Below are positions 10,000 through 17,308 of a stretch of 62,135 nt of DNA, piece by piece. Source of the stretch: Terriglobales bacterium (GTDB lineage: Bacteria; Acidobacteriota; Terriglobia; Terriglobales; Acidobacteriaceae); contig DASQGF010000168.1 in NCBI GenBank assembly GCA_035632755.1, forward strand, positions 1 through 62,135. Direction: 5' to 3'. Under the pieces are notes generated by a model. That model worked only from the letters and a program-made list of their open reading frames with translations, did not search any database and was not told the DNA's origin. A program made the position numbers and the translations under genes. Numbering within the stretch: the stretch's first letter is position 1; every line of letters begins with the position of its first letter.

Positions 10000-10230
10000 A
10001 TGAAGAAGTGGAACGATCCGACCAATCCTATGAACCCGAATAGCCCATTAAATCCGATGAACCCGATGAATCCCAACAGTCCGCTGAATCCCATGAACCC
10101 GCGGAATCCGGCCAGCCCGCGCAACCCGATGAACCCAGCAAATCCCCTGAGTCCTCTGAATCCCATCAACCGTAGACGACGGATGGAGCGTATGAACCCG
10201 CCCAATCCGTTTCGGCGCAATCGGCCGTAG
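10000..10230 (+). CDS. 76-aa X-(N/S)-P triplet-repeat protein with basic C-terminal tail
   Basis: MKKWNDPTNPMNPNSPLNPMNPMNPNSPLNPMNPRNPASPRNPMNPANPLSPLNPINRRRRMERMNPPNPFRRNRP. GGAGG lies 8 nt upstream of the ATG. Synonymous codons vary between repeats. The track ORF 9928..10230 is an N-terminal extension. Confidence 0.6.
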   Translation: MKKWNDPTNPMNPNSPLNPMNPMNPNSPLNPMNPRNPASPRNPMNPANPLSPLNPINRRRRMERMNPPNPFRRNRP

Positions 10231-10725
10231 GAAAGAGAGGAGGGCCACAGACCTCAAGGTCAGCGTAGGAATGGATGCTCCAGCCGTCGCGCTTTGCACG
10301 AAGGTGCCACCCCCAGTTGTTGAAGCACGCCTATGGCGGAGGACGCAGCGCATTCCTCACAAAGTTCTTAAGGCTCGTCCAAGGAATCAGCCCCTGAAGG
10401 GCCTTTCCTTAATGCTCTGGAGTAGGTTAGGACAGCCGAATCACCGGATTTGGTGTTGCACTTCTGAGTTAAGCACCCACGCGCGGTGTGCTCATTGTCG
10501 CAAAACCTGTCTTCCCCAACCCTCTTTCCCAAACCCGGCGACTCTGCGAAAATCCTTGCTACCACGTACCCTATGCCCCCGGACCGAGACCGACCGGCAG
10601 CTCCTGAAGGCACGCAACTTTCGTCCCGCCAGCGGGTTAGTAGAGATGTGAGCAGCCTAGCGCTCAGCCAGGAACTGCCGGCAGGCGCCGCTGCCCGTCC
10701 AAGACTGGCCGGGGAGGGGGGGACG

Positions 10726-11316
10726 ATGGCCGCATCCTCAGCGGCCTTGCACCTGCTCAGCGACGCCGAGGTGATGCTGCGCGTAGCGGCGGGGGATGAT
10801 TTTGCCTTCGACTATCTGGTGGAGAAGTTCCGGCGTCCACTCGTGAGTTTTATGTATCGCATGACGCACAACCAAGCGGTGGCGGAAGAACTGGCGCAGG
10901 AAGTCTTCCTGCGGGTATACCGTTCGCGGGCGAGTTACGCAGCGGACGCCAAGTTCACCACCTGGCTGTACCGGATCGCGACCAACCTGGCGGTGAACCA
11001 CGCCCGCGACACCAAGGCGGAGCGCTCGGGCACCAGCCTGGATGAACCCGATCCGCATACGGGGCTGACCATCGACGTGGCCGATCCCAAGACGACGGCA
11101 GAGCAGAAGCTGTTGCGGCGGGAGCGGCTGGTGGCCATTCGCAGAGAAGTGGAAGCGCTACCCGAGCGGCAGAGGCTGGCGGTGATCATGCATAAGTACC
11201 AGAGCATGGATTACCGGCAGATCGCGGAAGTGCTGAAGCTGAGCGAGTCGGCCACCAAGTCGCTGCTGTTCCGCGCTTACGAAACACTGAGGGTGAAGCT
11301 CGAGAAGTTTTTGTAA
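10726..11316 (+). CDS. ECF-type RNA polymerase sigma-70 family factor
   Basis: 196 aa from an internal ATG preceded by GGGGAGGGGGGG. Region 2 (FLRVYRSR..TWLYRIATNL) and region 4 HTH (MDYRQIAEVLKLSESATKSLLFRAYETLR) are present. Confidence 0.9.
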   Translation: MAASSAALHLLSDAEVMLRVAAGDDFAFDYLVEKFRRPLVSFMYRMTHNQAVAEELAQEVFLRVYRSRASYAADAKFTTWLYRIATNLAVNHARDTKAERSGTSLDEPDPHTGLTIDVADPKTTAEQKLLRRERLVAIRREVEALPERQRLAVIMHKYQSMDYRQIAEVLKLSESATKSLLFRAYETLRVKLEKFL

Positions 11317-11326
11317 CGGGGGAGTT

Positions 11327-11839
11327 ATGACCTGCAAGGAAGCACGCGAATACATGCTGGACGCGGCCCAGCAAAACACCGCCGCCGGCCTCCACCCCAG
11401 CGCGCCAAAAGCGGGCGCGCCGGGGACCCCGCTGGACGAGCACCTGCGCTCGTGCGCGAGCTGCGCCCGGGAACTGGAATCGATGCGCCGGACCATGACG
11501 CTGTTGGACGAGTGGGAGGCGCCCGAACCTTCTCCCTATTTCGATTCCCGGCTGCGTGCGCGCGTACGCGAAGCCGCGGCCGAACCTCGGAGCTGGCTGG
11601 AGTGGCTGCGCAAGCCGGCCATCGCCTTCGCCCTGGCTGTGTTGATGGTGGTGAGCATCACGATCTTCCGCAATGCTCCTGAGCACACGCCGGTTGCGAT
11701 GGACAGGCCGGCGCCCACCGTGGGTCAGGCTGGCACGGCGGTCAGCGACTTGCAGGAACTCGAGCACGACGGCGATATGTACGCCAACTTTGACATGCTG
11801 GATGATCTGGGAACGGAGGCGGAGACGGCCAATCCGTAG
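11327..11839 (+). CDS. anti-sigma factor (zf-HC2 type, single TM)
   Basis: N-terminal MTCKEAREYML...EHLRSCASCAREL (H-x3-C-x2-C). TM helix AIAFALAVLMVVSITIF. Directly follows the ECF sigma gene. Confidence 0.8.
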   Translation: MTCKEAREYMLDAAQQNTAAGLHPSAPKAGAPGTPLDEHLRSCASCARELESMRRTMTLLDEWEAPEPSPYFDSRLRARVREAAAEPRSWLEWLRKPAIAFALAVLMVVSITIFRNAPEHTPVAMDRPAPTVGQAGTAVSDLQELEHDGDMYANFDMLDDLGTEAETANP

Positions 11840-11844
11840 CTGAC

Positions 11845-12411
11845 GTGCTGAAGATCAGATCCATTGCGATATTGGTTCTTGCCGCTCTGGCGCTGGCGGT
11901 AGCGGCTGAGCCGCGGGCGCTGGCGCAGCGCCAGGACAAAGACAGACAGGAGAAATGGGGAGACCGCCAGCGCATGAAGGGCCCCGGTCCGCATCGCGGA
12001 GAATGGCTGCGCAAGAACCAGAACCTGCCTCCGGCAGAGCAGGAGAAAGCCCTGCGGAACGACCCCGGGTTCCGGCAGCTTGCTCCGGAGAGGCAGGAGC
12101 AGCTCATCAATCGGCTGCGCAATTTCAACAGCAGGCCGCCGGAGCAGCGGCAGCGGATTCTGGAGCGTATGGAGACCTTCGAGCACCTGCCGCAAGGCCA
12201 GCGGCAGCAGGTGCGCAACCTCTACGGCCAGATGCGGGACCTGCCCGAGGACCGCCGCATCGCCGTGCACCAGGCCGCCCGGCAGTTGGGTGGGATGAGT
12301 CCGGGCGAACGCCAGCGCATGATGAATTCTCCGCAATTCCGGCGGCGCTTCTCTCCTCAGGAGCAGAACCTGGTCCGCGGACTCGCCGAGTTAGAACCCG
12401 GCCAGCGCTAG
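11845..12411 (+). CDS. secreted Gln/Arg-rich helical-repeat protein (DUF3106-like), third gene of the ECF operon
   Basis: GTG start and signal peptide LKIRSIAILVLAALALAVAAEPRALAQ. Repeated P-E/G-x-R-Q motifs. The family name is from memory. Confidence 0.7.
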   Translation: MLKIRSIAILVLAALALAVAAEPRALAQRQDKDRQEKWGDRQRMKGPGPHRGEWLRKNQNLPPAEQEKALRNDPGFRQLAPERQEQLINRLRNFNSRPPEQRQRILERMETFEHLPQGQRQQVRNLYGQMRDLPEDRRIAVHQAARQLGGMSPGERQRMMNSPQFRRRFSPQEQNLVRGLAELEPGQR

Positions 12412-12567
12412 TTCGGTCGGGGTCGTCGGTCGTTGGCTCTCGGTCGTCGGCCGTTAAGTCCAATCTCGATGAAGACGATGTGGTCCTTCTGAAATCGCCT
12501 CAGTGATCCCGAGCGCACAAGAATACTTGCTTTTGCCGACGACCGAGGACCGACAGCCGACGACGGT
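12412..12567. repeat. inverted heptamer arrays (GGTCGTC-like units) flanking a 79-nt core
   Basis: Left arm 12421-12455 reads GGTCGTC GGTCGTT GGCTCTC GGTCGTC GGCCGTT. The right arm 12535-12567 read on the minus strand gives ..GGCTGTC GGTCCTC GGTCGTC GGC. The arms abut the stop codons of the two convergent genes. Confidence 0.85.
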
Positions 12568-12568
12568 T

Positions 12569-13423
12569 TTAGTTCATGGTCGCCATCATCCGCCGCAGTG
12601 ATGCCGCCGTCTGGCGGATCTCGTCGGCGTCCGAGGCATCGGGCGACATCTTCAGATAATCCTCCAGGTCCGCCAGCGCACCGCGGGTCTGCCCCAGGCT
12701 CCAGCGCAGCAAGGCACGCTGTTTCACGTCCTCGGGCGAGCGCGGATAGATGGCTAGGATCAGGTCCACGATAGGCAGCGCCTTGCGGAAGTTACGCCCC
12801 GAGAGGTAGATGGACTTCAGGTTGTTGAGCATGCGCACCAGCACCTGACGCCGGCTGACGGCCATGAGGAACTCGGGCTGCAGCGGCATCTGCCCGCCGT
12901 AGATCTCGTCCAGGGCGCGCTGGCAATCCTTTGCGGTCAGGATGCTGCCCCGGTTGAAAGGGTCGATGAGAATCTCGCGGCCTTCCACGTCGTAGTGCTT
13001 GAGCAGGAAGTGTCCGGGCATGCCCACGCCCACCAGAGGAAAACCCACGCGGCGCGCGACTTCCATATAGACCACCGCCAGGGTGATGGGGATGCCGAGC
13101 TTGCGGTCCAGCACATCGTTGAGGCACGAGTTGCGTGGATCGTAATAGTCCTCCGCGTTGCCGCGGAAGCCTTCTTCCTCAAACAGCACGCGATTCAGCG
13201 CGGTAATGGACTCGGATGGATCGCCCAGGTCGGGCACCAGTCGCTTCACGCGCCGCGCCAGTTCCTCGATGCGGGCGCAGTAGGCGTCGAAGTCGAGGTT
13301 GGGATACTCCGTCTGGGCGATGGTGAGCGAGGCGCGCACCAGATCGATGCGCTCGTCCTCCACGTCCTGCCCGACCAGAGCGGCAAACGCCTGCGCCAGC
13401 GTGGCTGGGTCGCTGCGAGACAT
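12569..13423 (-). CDS. transglutaminase-like / TPR protein (SirB1-YchA family)
   Basis: 284 aa. Contains NSCLNDVLDRKLGIPITLAVVYMEVARRVGFPLVGVGMPGHFLLK, typical of the SirB1 N-terminal transglutaminase-like fold, followed by a TPR-like C-terminus. Confidence 0.75.
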   Translation of the reverse strand: MSRSDPATLAQAFAALVGQDVEDERIDLVRASLTIAQTEYPNLDFDAYCARIEELARRVKRLVPDLGDPSESITALNRVLFEEEGFRGNAEDYYDPRNSCLNDVLDRKLGIPITLAVVYMEVARRVGFPLVGVGMPGHFLLKHYDVEGREILIDPFNRGSILTAKDCQRALDEIYGGQMPLQPEFLMAVSRRQVLVRMLNNLKSIYLSGRNFRKALPIVDLILAIYPRSPEDVKQRALLRWSLGQTRGALADLEDYLKMSPDASDADEIRQTAASLRRMMATMN

Positions 13424-13468
13424 GCGCCTATGTTAACAGATGAGGCAACAGGGGGAGTTGACGCTTCG

Positions 13469-14389
13469 TCATCGCCGGAACAGGTTCTTAGCGATGAAGA
13501 AGACGTTGGCGGGGCGCTCGCCCAGCCGCCGCATCAGGTAGGGATACCACTCGGTCCCGAATGGGATGTAAACGCGCATGCGCCAGCCGTCGCGCACCAG
13601 CTCCTGCTGCAGGTCGCGGCGGATGCCGCGAAGCATCTGGAACTCGAAGGAGTCGGGTGGGATCCTCTCGGCGCGCGCGAAGGCCTTCGTCGCCTCGATG
13701 ATCTTCTCGTCGTGGGTGGCGATGCCGTGGTACACGCCGCTCTTGAGCAGCACCTTCATCAGCTTGACGTAGTTCGCATCCACTTCTGACTTCTTCTGAA
13801 AAGCCAGTTCCGGCGGCTCTTTGTACGCTCCCTTGCACAGGCGTATGCGGATGCGCTCGGCCAGCAGCTCTTCGATGTCGCGCTGGCTGCGGCGCATGTA
13901 GGACTGGATGACGGCGCCGACGGAGTCCTCGTGTCCGGGGACGCGGTGCAGCTCCCGCACGAATTCGAGGGTGCGCTGGGTGTAGGGCGAGCCCTCCATG
14001 TCCACGCGGATGAAGTTATAGCAGCCGGCAGCGTGCGCCACCAGCGCACAGACGTTCTCGCGCGCCAGCTTCTCGTCGATGTCGAGGCCCATGTGGGTGA
14101 GCTTCAGGCTGACGTTCGCCTTCAGGCCGCGGGCGGTGATCTCGTCCAGCAACCGGTGATAGAGCGCGGCGCTCCGCCGGGCCTCCTCGGGATTGGTGAC
14201 GTTCTCGCCCAGGTTGTCGATGGAGACGGTAAGGCCGAGGTCGTTCATGCCGCGGGTGGCCGCCATCACCTCTTCGACCGTGGTGCCGGCGACGAAGCGG
14301 CTGGAGGTGCGTTGTCCGAGGGCAGAGTGCTCGGCCACCGCCCGCAGCGCACGGCTCTCGGAAAGCCAGATAAAAAGCGCCCTCAGCAT
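13469..14389 (-). CDS. proline dehydrogenase
   Basis: 307 aa from MLRALFIWL. Monofunctional PutA-like PRODH sequence (IRLCKGAYKEP, YHGIATHDEKII, FQMLRGIRRDLQ). The upstream 111 codons of the track ORF look non-coding. Confidence 0.85.
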   Translation of the reverse strand: MLRALFIWLSESRALRAVAEHSALGQRTSSRFVAGTTVEEVMAATRGMNDLGLTVSIDNLGENVTNPEEARRSAALYHRLLDEITARGLKANVSLKLTHMGLDIDEKLARENVCALVAHAAGCYNFIRVDMEGSPYTQRTLEFVRELHRVPGHEDSVGAVIQSYMRRSQRDIEELLAERIRIRLCKGAYKEPPELAFQKKSEVDANYVKLMKVLLKSGVYHGIATHDEKIIEATKAFARAERIPPDSFEFQMLRGIRRDLQQELVRDGWRMRVYIPFGTEWYPYLMRRLGERPANVFFIAKNLFRR

Positions 14390-14654
14390 CCCTGTGGCCT
14401 GCCGGGGCGCCGGATCGGTGTGCGACCGTCCATAGGCACTTTGTAACACATCGCGTGCGGGCCACCATGTGGCGGAGGTCACAGAGGTGAGGTGCTCCAA
14501 CGGTGGGCCTCCGCAGACTCGGAATGTGCAAAACCTTGCAGACCTGTGCACACCGGTGCCGACCAAATAGCTCATTGCGAAGCACTTAGGTGCGGGAACT
14601 CCTGGTGGCTGGATTGCCCAATGGAGGTTGTCGGCTTTGCTGGGGCCTTCCATC

Positions 14655-15062
14655 ATGCCTTCCCGAGCTCGCTGGAGTGCCGTCGCGATTCTGCTGCTGG
14701 CGGGAGTGTGCGCCGCCTCCATCCCGCCGCAAAGGCCGGGTCCTCACGCTAAGCCGGGAGCGGTCTCCGACGCGGATTGGGTGCCTCCCTTCGCAGAACA
14801 GAGCCGCTGCCCCGCCGTTCTTCCTCCCAAGCCCCTGGCGACCCCCTTGCCCGCGTTTCGCAAGGCCGGTCGGGGGAACCTGAAGATCCGCTTCGTGATC
14901 GGGACCGATGGCCGGTTGCACAAGCTGGCCGTGGTCAACAGCGCCGGTCACGCCGCTGACTCCAAGGCCTTCAACGCGCTGCGGCAGTGGCGCTATGAGC
15001 CGGCCATGTGCAACGGCATCCCGATGGAGGCCGAGGGAACGGTGGAGTTCCCGGTAAATTGA
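14655..15062 (+). CDS. TonB C-terminal domain protein
   Basis: 135 aa with signal/anchor MPSRARWSAVAILLLAGVCAA. The C-terminus GNLKIRFVIGTDGRLHKLAVVNSAGHAADSKAFNALRQWRYEPAMCNGIPMEAEGTVEF matches the TonB_C fold pattern. Confidence 0.7.
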   Translation: MPSRARWSAVAILLLAGVCAASIPPQRPGPHAKPGAVSDADWVPPFAEQSRCPAVLPPKPLATPLPAFRKAGRGNLKIRFVIGTDGRLHKLAVVNSAGHAADSKAFNALRQWRYEPAMCNGIPMEAEGTVEFPVN

Positions 15063-15063
15063 G

Positions 15064-15119
15064 TAATTGGGTCATTGGGCCATTGAGTCATTTAGCCCTG
15101 GGTGATTGGGACTATTGAA
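15064..15119 (+). repeat. octamer tandem array (YCATTGRG units)
   Basis: TAATTGGG TCATTGGG CCATTGAG TCATTTAG, then three degenerate units. It starts 2 nt after the TonB-like gene stop. Confidence 0.8.
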
Positions 15120-15173
15120 CGACTGCCGCGAACCAAATTATGCTCGCGCGGCCAACTGCACCGGAGCCGTCCG

Positions 15174-15632
15174 ATGCCATCGCTGCCGGAGATTCTGAGG
15201 GACAGGACAAAAGCATTCGCGGTCAGAATCGTACGATTGTTTCGCCAACTGCCCAAGACGGACGAAGCCCGGATCATTGGCAAACAGCTCCTTCGATGCG
15301 GTACCTCGGTCGCAGCTAATTACCGCGCCGTCTGCCGTGCCCGTTCGCCGGCGGAATTCCTCGCCAAGATCGGAACGGTCGTGGAGGAAGCCGATGAGAC
15401 CGTCTTCTGGCTTGAATTTCTAGTAGAGACTGGGTTGGTCACCGCAAAGCGTCTCCAGCCACTATTGGACGAAGCGAATGAAATTCTCGCCATCGTCGCT
15501 GCGTCCCAGAGGACCGCTCGAGCACGGGGTCAATGGCTCAATGACCCGATGACCCGATCCTTCACCTTCCTTGCTCTTCCAAAAACTTTTCCACCTCGAT
15601 GGCGGCCATGCAGCCGGTGCCGGCAGCGGTGA
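15174..15632 (+). CDS. four-helix-bundle protein (23S rRNA intervening-sequence protein family)
   Basis: MPSLPEILRDRTKAFAVRIVRLFRQLPKTDEARIIGKQLLRCGTSVAANYRAVCRARSPAEFLAKIGTVVEEADETVFWLEFL. GGAG lies 7 nt upstream. The first in-frame stop is at 15630-15632, about 70 nt inside the convergent trxB gene. Confidence 0.8.
   Translation: MPSLPEILRDRTKAFAVRIVRLFRQLPKTDEARIIGKQLLRCGTSVAANYRAVCRARSPAEFLAKIGTVVEEADETVFWLEFLVETGLVTAKRLQPLLDEANEILAIVAASQRTARARGQWLNDPMTRSFTFLALPKTFPPRWRPCSRCRQR
15526..15560 (-). repeat. octamer tandem array, inverted relative to 15064-15119
   Basis: The minus strand reads GGATCGGG TCATCGGG TCATTGAG CCATTGAC CCC. It ends 1 nt before the trxB stop codon and encodes the tail GQWLNDPMTRS of the four-helix-bundle ORF. 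Confidence 0.8.
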
Positions 15633-16497
15633 TGGCCTGGCGATAGCGGCGGTCAGCAACGTCGCCGCAGGCATAGACGCCGGGGATGCCCGTGAACACG
15701 TAATCGCGCGTTATCAGGTAGCCGTCGGCGTCGGTGGCGAGTTGGCCGTCGAACATGGCGGTGTTGGGAACGTGCCCGATGCCGAGGAACAATGCGCTGG
15801 TGGGGAAGGTGTGCGTGTGTCCGCTGTGCACGTTGCGCAGCTTGAGCGCCGTGACCTCGTTCTTCCCGACGTCATACACGTCGTCCACCACCGTGTTGGT
15901 AAGGAAGTTGATCTTGGCGTGGTTCTGGGCGCGGTCGAGCATGATCTTGGAAGCGCGGAACTGGTCGCGCCGATGGATGATGGTGACCTTGGTGGCAAAG
16001 CGGGTGAGGAACAGCGCTTCTTCCATGGCGGAATCGCCGCCGCCGACCACCACGATCTCCTTGCCGGAGAAGAAAAAGCCGTCGCAGGTGGCGCAGGAAG
16101 ACACGCCGTGCCCGATGAGCGCCTGTTCATGCGGCAGGCCGAGCCAGCGTGCGGTAGCGCCGCTGGCCACGATCAAGCTGCGGGTGTGGATGGGCGGCTT
16201 GCCGCCCATAAGATGTAGAACGAAGGGACGCTGGCCGAGATCGGCGCGGTGGACGTGCGCGGTCTCGTATTCGGCGCCGAAACGCGCCGCCTGTGCCTTC
16301 ATGTTCTCGATCAGCTCCGGCCCCTGGATGCCTTCGGGGAACCCAGGGAAATTCTCGACCAGGGTGGTGAGCGAGAGCTGTCCGCCGGGTTCATGTCCCT
16401 CGAGCACCAGCGGCTTCAGGTTGGCGCGCGCGGCGTAAATCGCCGCCGTCAGTCCGGCGCATCCGGACCCGATGATCACAGTATTGCGGATTTCCAT
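15562..16497 (-). CDS. trxB: thioredoxin-disulfide reductase
   Basis: 311 aa with GSGCAG FAD motif, redox-active CATCDG and GGGDSAMEEA NADPH motif. Confidence 0.95.
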   Translation of the reverse strand: MEIRNTVIIGSGCAGLTAAIYAARANLKPLVLEGHEPGGQLSLTTLVENFPGFPEGIQGPELIENMKAQAARFGAEYETAHVHRADLGQRPFVLHLMGGKPPIHTRSLIVASGATARWLGLPHEQALIGHGVSSCATCDGFFFSGKEIVVVGGGDSAMEEALFLTRFATKVTIIHRRDQFRASKIMLDRAQNHAKINFLTNTVVDDVYDVGKNEVTALKLRNVHSGHTHTFPTSALFLGIGHVPNTAMFDGQLATDADGYLITRDYVFTGIPGVYACGDVADRRYRQAITAAGTGCMAAIEVEKFLEEQGR

Positions 16498-16545
16498 GGG
16501 TACTTAGATTAATGGCTCGCGGGTTTGATTCAAAGCGGGCTGCTA

Positions 16546-16594
16546 GCTTCTAGCTTCTGGTTATTCGCTTTTGGCTTTTGGCTTTTGGCTCTTG
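16546..16594 (+). repeat. heptamer tandem array (GCTYYTG x7)
   Basis: GCTTCTA GCTTCTG GTTATTC GCTTTTG GCTTTTG GCTTTTG GCTCTTG. It spans the stop codon (16561-16563) and the last ~11 codons (AAKSQKPKAKSE) of the minus-strand gene. Confidence 0.85.
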
Positions 16595-17232
16595 GCTGCC
16601 TGAGTCTTGCCCAGGCCCAGCCGCGCCAACTCCGGGGGAACACTCTCTCTCACACCCAGTGCCGCGCGATAACGGCTCATCACGCGGCTGGCGGCTGCGA
16701 ACACGCTCTCGTAGGCGGTCTGGTCGGCCTGAGCGCAGCGCGACAGGCCCAGAGAAGGCTTACCGAAGCGTTCTACGCGGATGCGGCTGGCCGGCGTGTC
16801 AGTCGCAACCACGGTGGTCGGACTGGCCACGGCGGAGACGCTGTCCTCGATCGCGACCTGCATCACGTTCTTGGGCTCGCGCCAGCGGAAGACAACGGTC
16901 TCGATGATGTCCTTCGCATCCAGGCTGACGGAGTACTGGGCGTTGGTCAGCGGCGCCTCAAGCGGGAACTCGCGACGCACCCGCACCCAGGAGGCGATGG
17001 GCGTATCGGGGGCACTGGAGCGGCCGCGGGCGATCTCGAACTCCGGCCCGAAGCGGGGAGTGGTGGGAATGCGCTCGAGGGCGGAGACGATCTCCTGCTT
17101 GTCGGCGTCGCTGGGAGAGCAGACGTTCAGGTAGTTGACACGCACCTGCATATCGCCCTGCTTAGGCTGCTGTTGCGCCTGCAAGGCCGCCGTACAGAGG
17201 ATCAGGAGCAGAAAGCATTTCAGCGGGGACAC
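16561..17232 (-). CDS. secreted hypothetical protein (223 aa)
   Basis: GTG start with a clear signal peptide MSPLKCFLLLILCTAALQAQQ. I recognise no family. Confidence 0.6.
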   Translation of the reverse strand: MSPLKCFLLLILCTAALQAQQQPKQGDMQVRVNYLNVCSPSDADKQEIVSALERIPTTPRFGPEFEIARGRSSAPDTPIASWVRVRREFPLEAPLTNAQYSVSLDAKDIIETVVFRWREPKNVMQVAIEDSVSAVASPTTVVATDTPASRIRVERFGKPSLGLSRCAQADQTAYESVFAAASRVMSRYRAALGVRESVPPELARLGLGKTQAAKSQKPKAKSE

Positions 17233-17247
17233 GCGGTGATTGTAGTT

Positions 17248-17289
17248 CAGTTGCCAGTTGTCAGTCGCCGGTCGCCCGTTGCCACTCGG
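17248..17289 (+). repeat. heptamer tandem array (CRGTYGC x6)
   Basis: CAGTTGC CAGTTGT CAGTCGC CGGTCGC CCGTTGC CACTCGG. It lies between the start of gene 16561..17232 and the stop of the receiver gene. Confidence 0.8.
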
Positions 17290-17308
17290 ATTCCCCCGGG
17301 CCTGGGAC

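Noticed and set aside
9957-10220. Minus-strand ORF opposite the NPx-repeat gene, encoding a Gly-every-third-residue (G-F/L-X) repeat
   Set aside because: It has a TTG start with no SD-like sequence upstream. The plus-strand frame has GGAGG at 8 nt plus a promoter-like element. The Gly periodicity is simply the complement of the Pro codons. Strand choice should still be confirmed experimentally.
10614-10640. ECF-type promoter candidate GCAAC-N17-GTTAG about 85 nt upstream of the ECF sigma gene
   Set aside because: The match to the usual GGAAC-N16/17-CGT pattern is weak, and many equally good matches are expected by chance. Not listed as a feature.
13469-14722. Long N-terminal extensions in track ORFs (proline dehydrogenase 417 aa; also 17564..20038, 43605..44594, 54491..55858, 10486..11316, 38642..39466, 49019..50086)
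   Set aside because: The family-conserved sequence begins at internal Met codons. The upstream parts are low-complexity, or they overlap neighbouring genes or intergenic repeats. Coordinates were trimmed accordingly, and the starts remain predictions.
12412-17289. Whether the short tandem arrays could be a CRISPR array or minisatellite-encoded protein repeats
   Set aside because: The units are only 7-8 nt, contiguous with no spacers, and there are no cas genes. They are not CRISPR. They only clip the last few codons of genes rather than forming repeat proteins.
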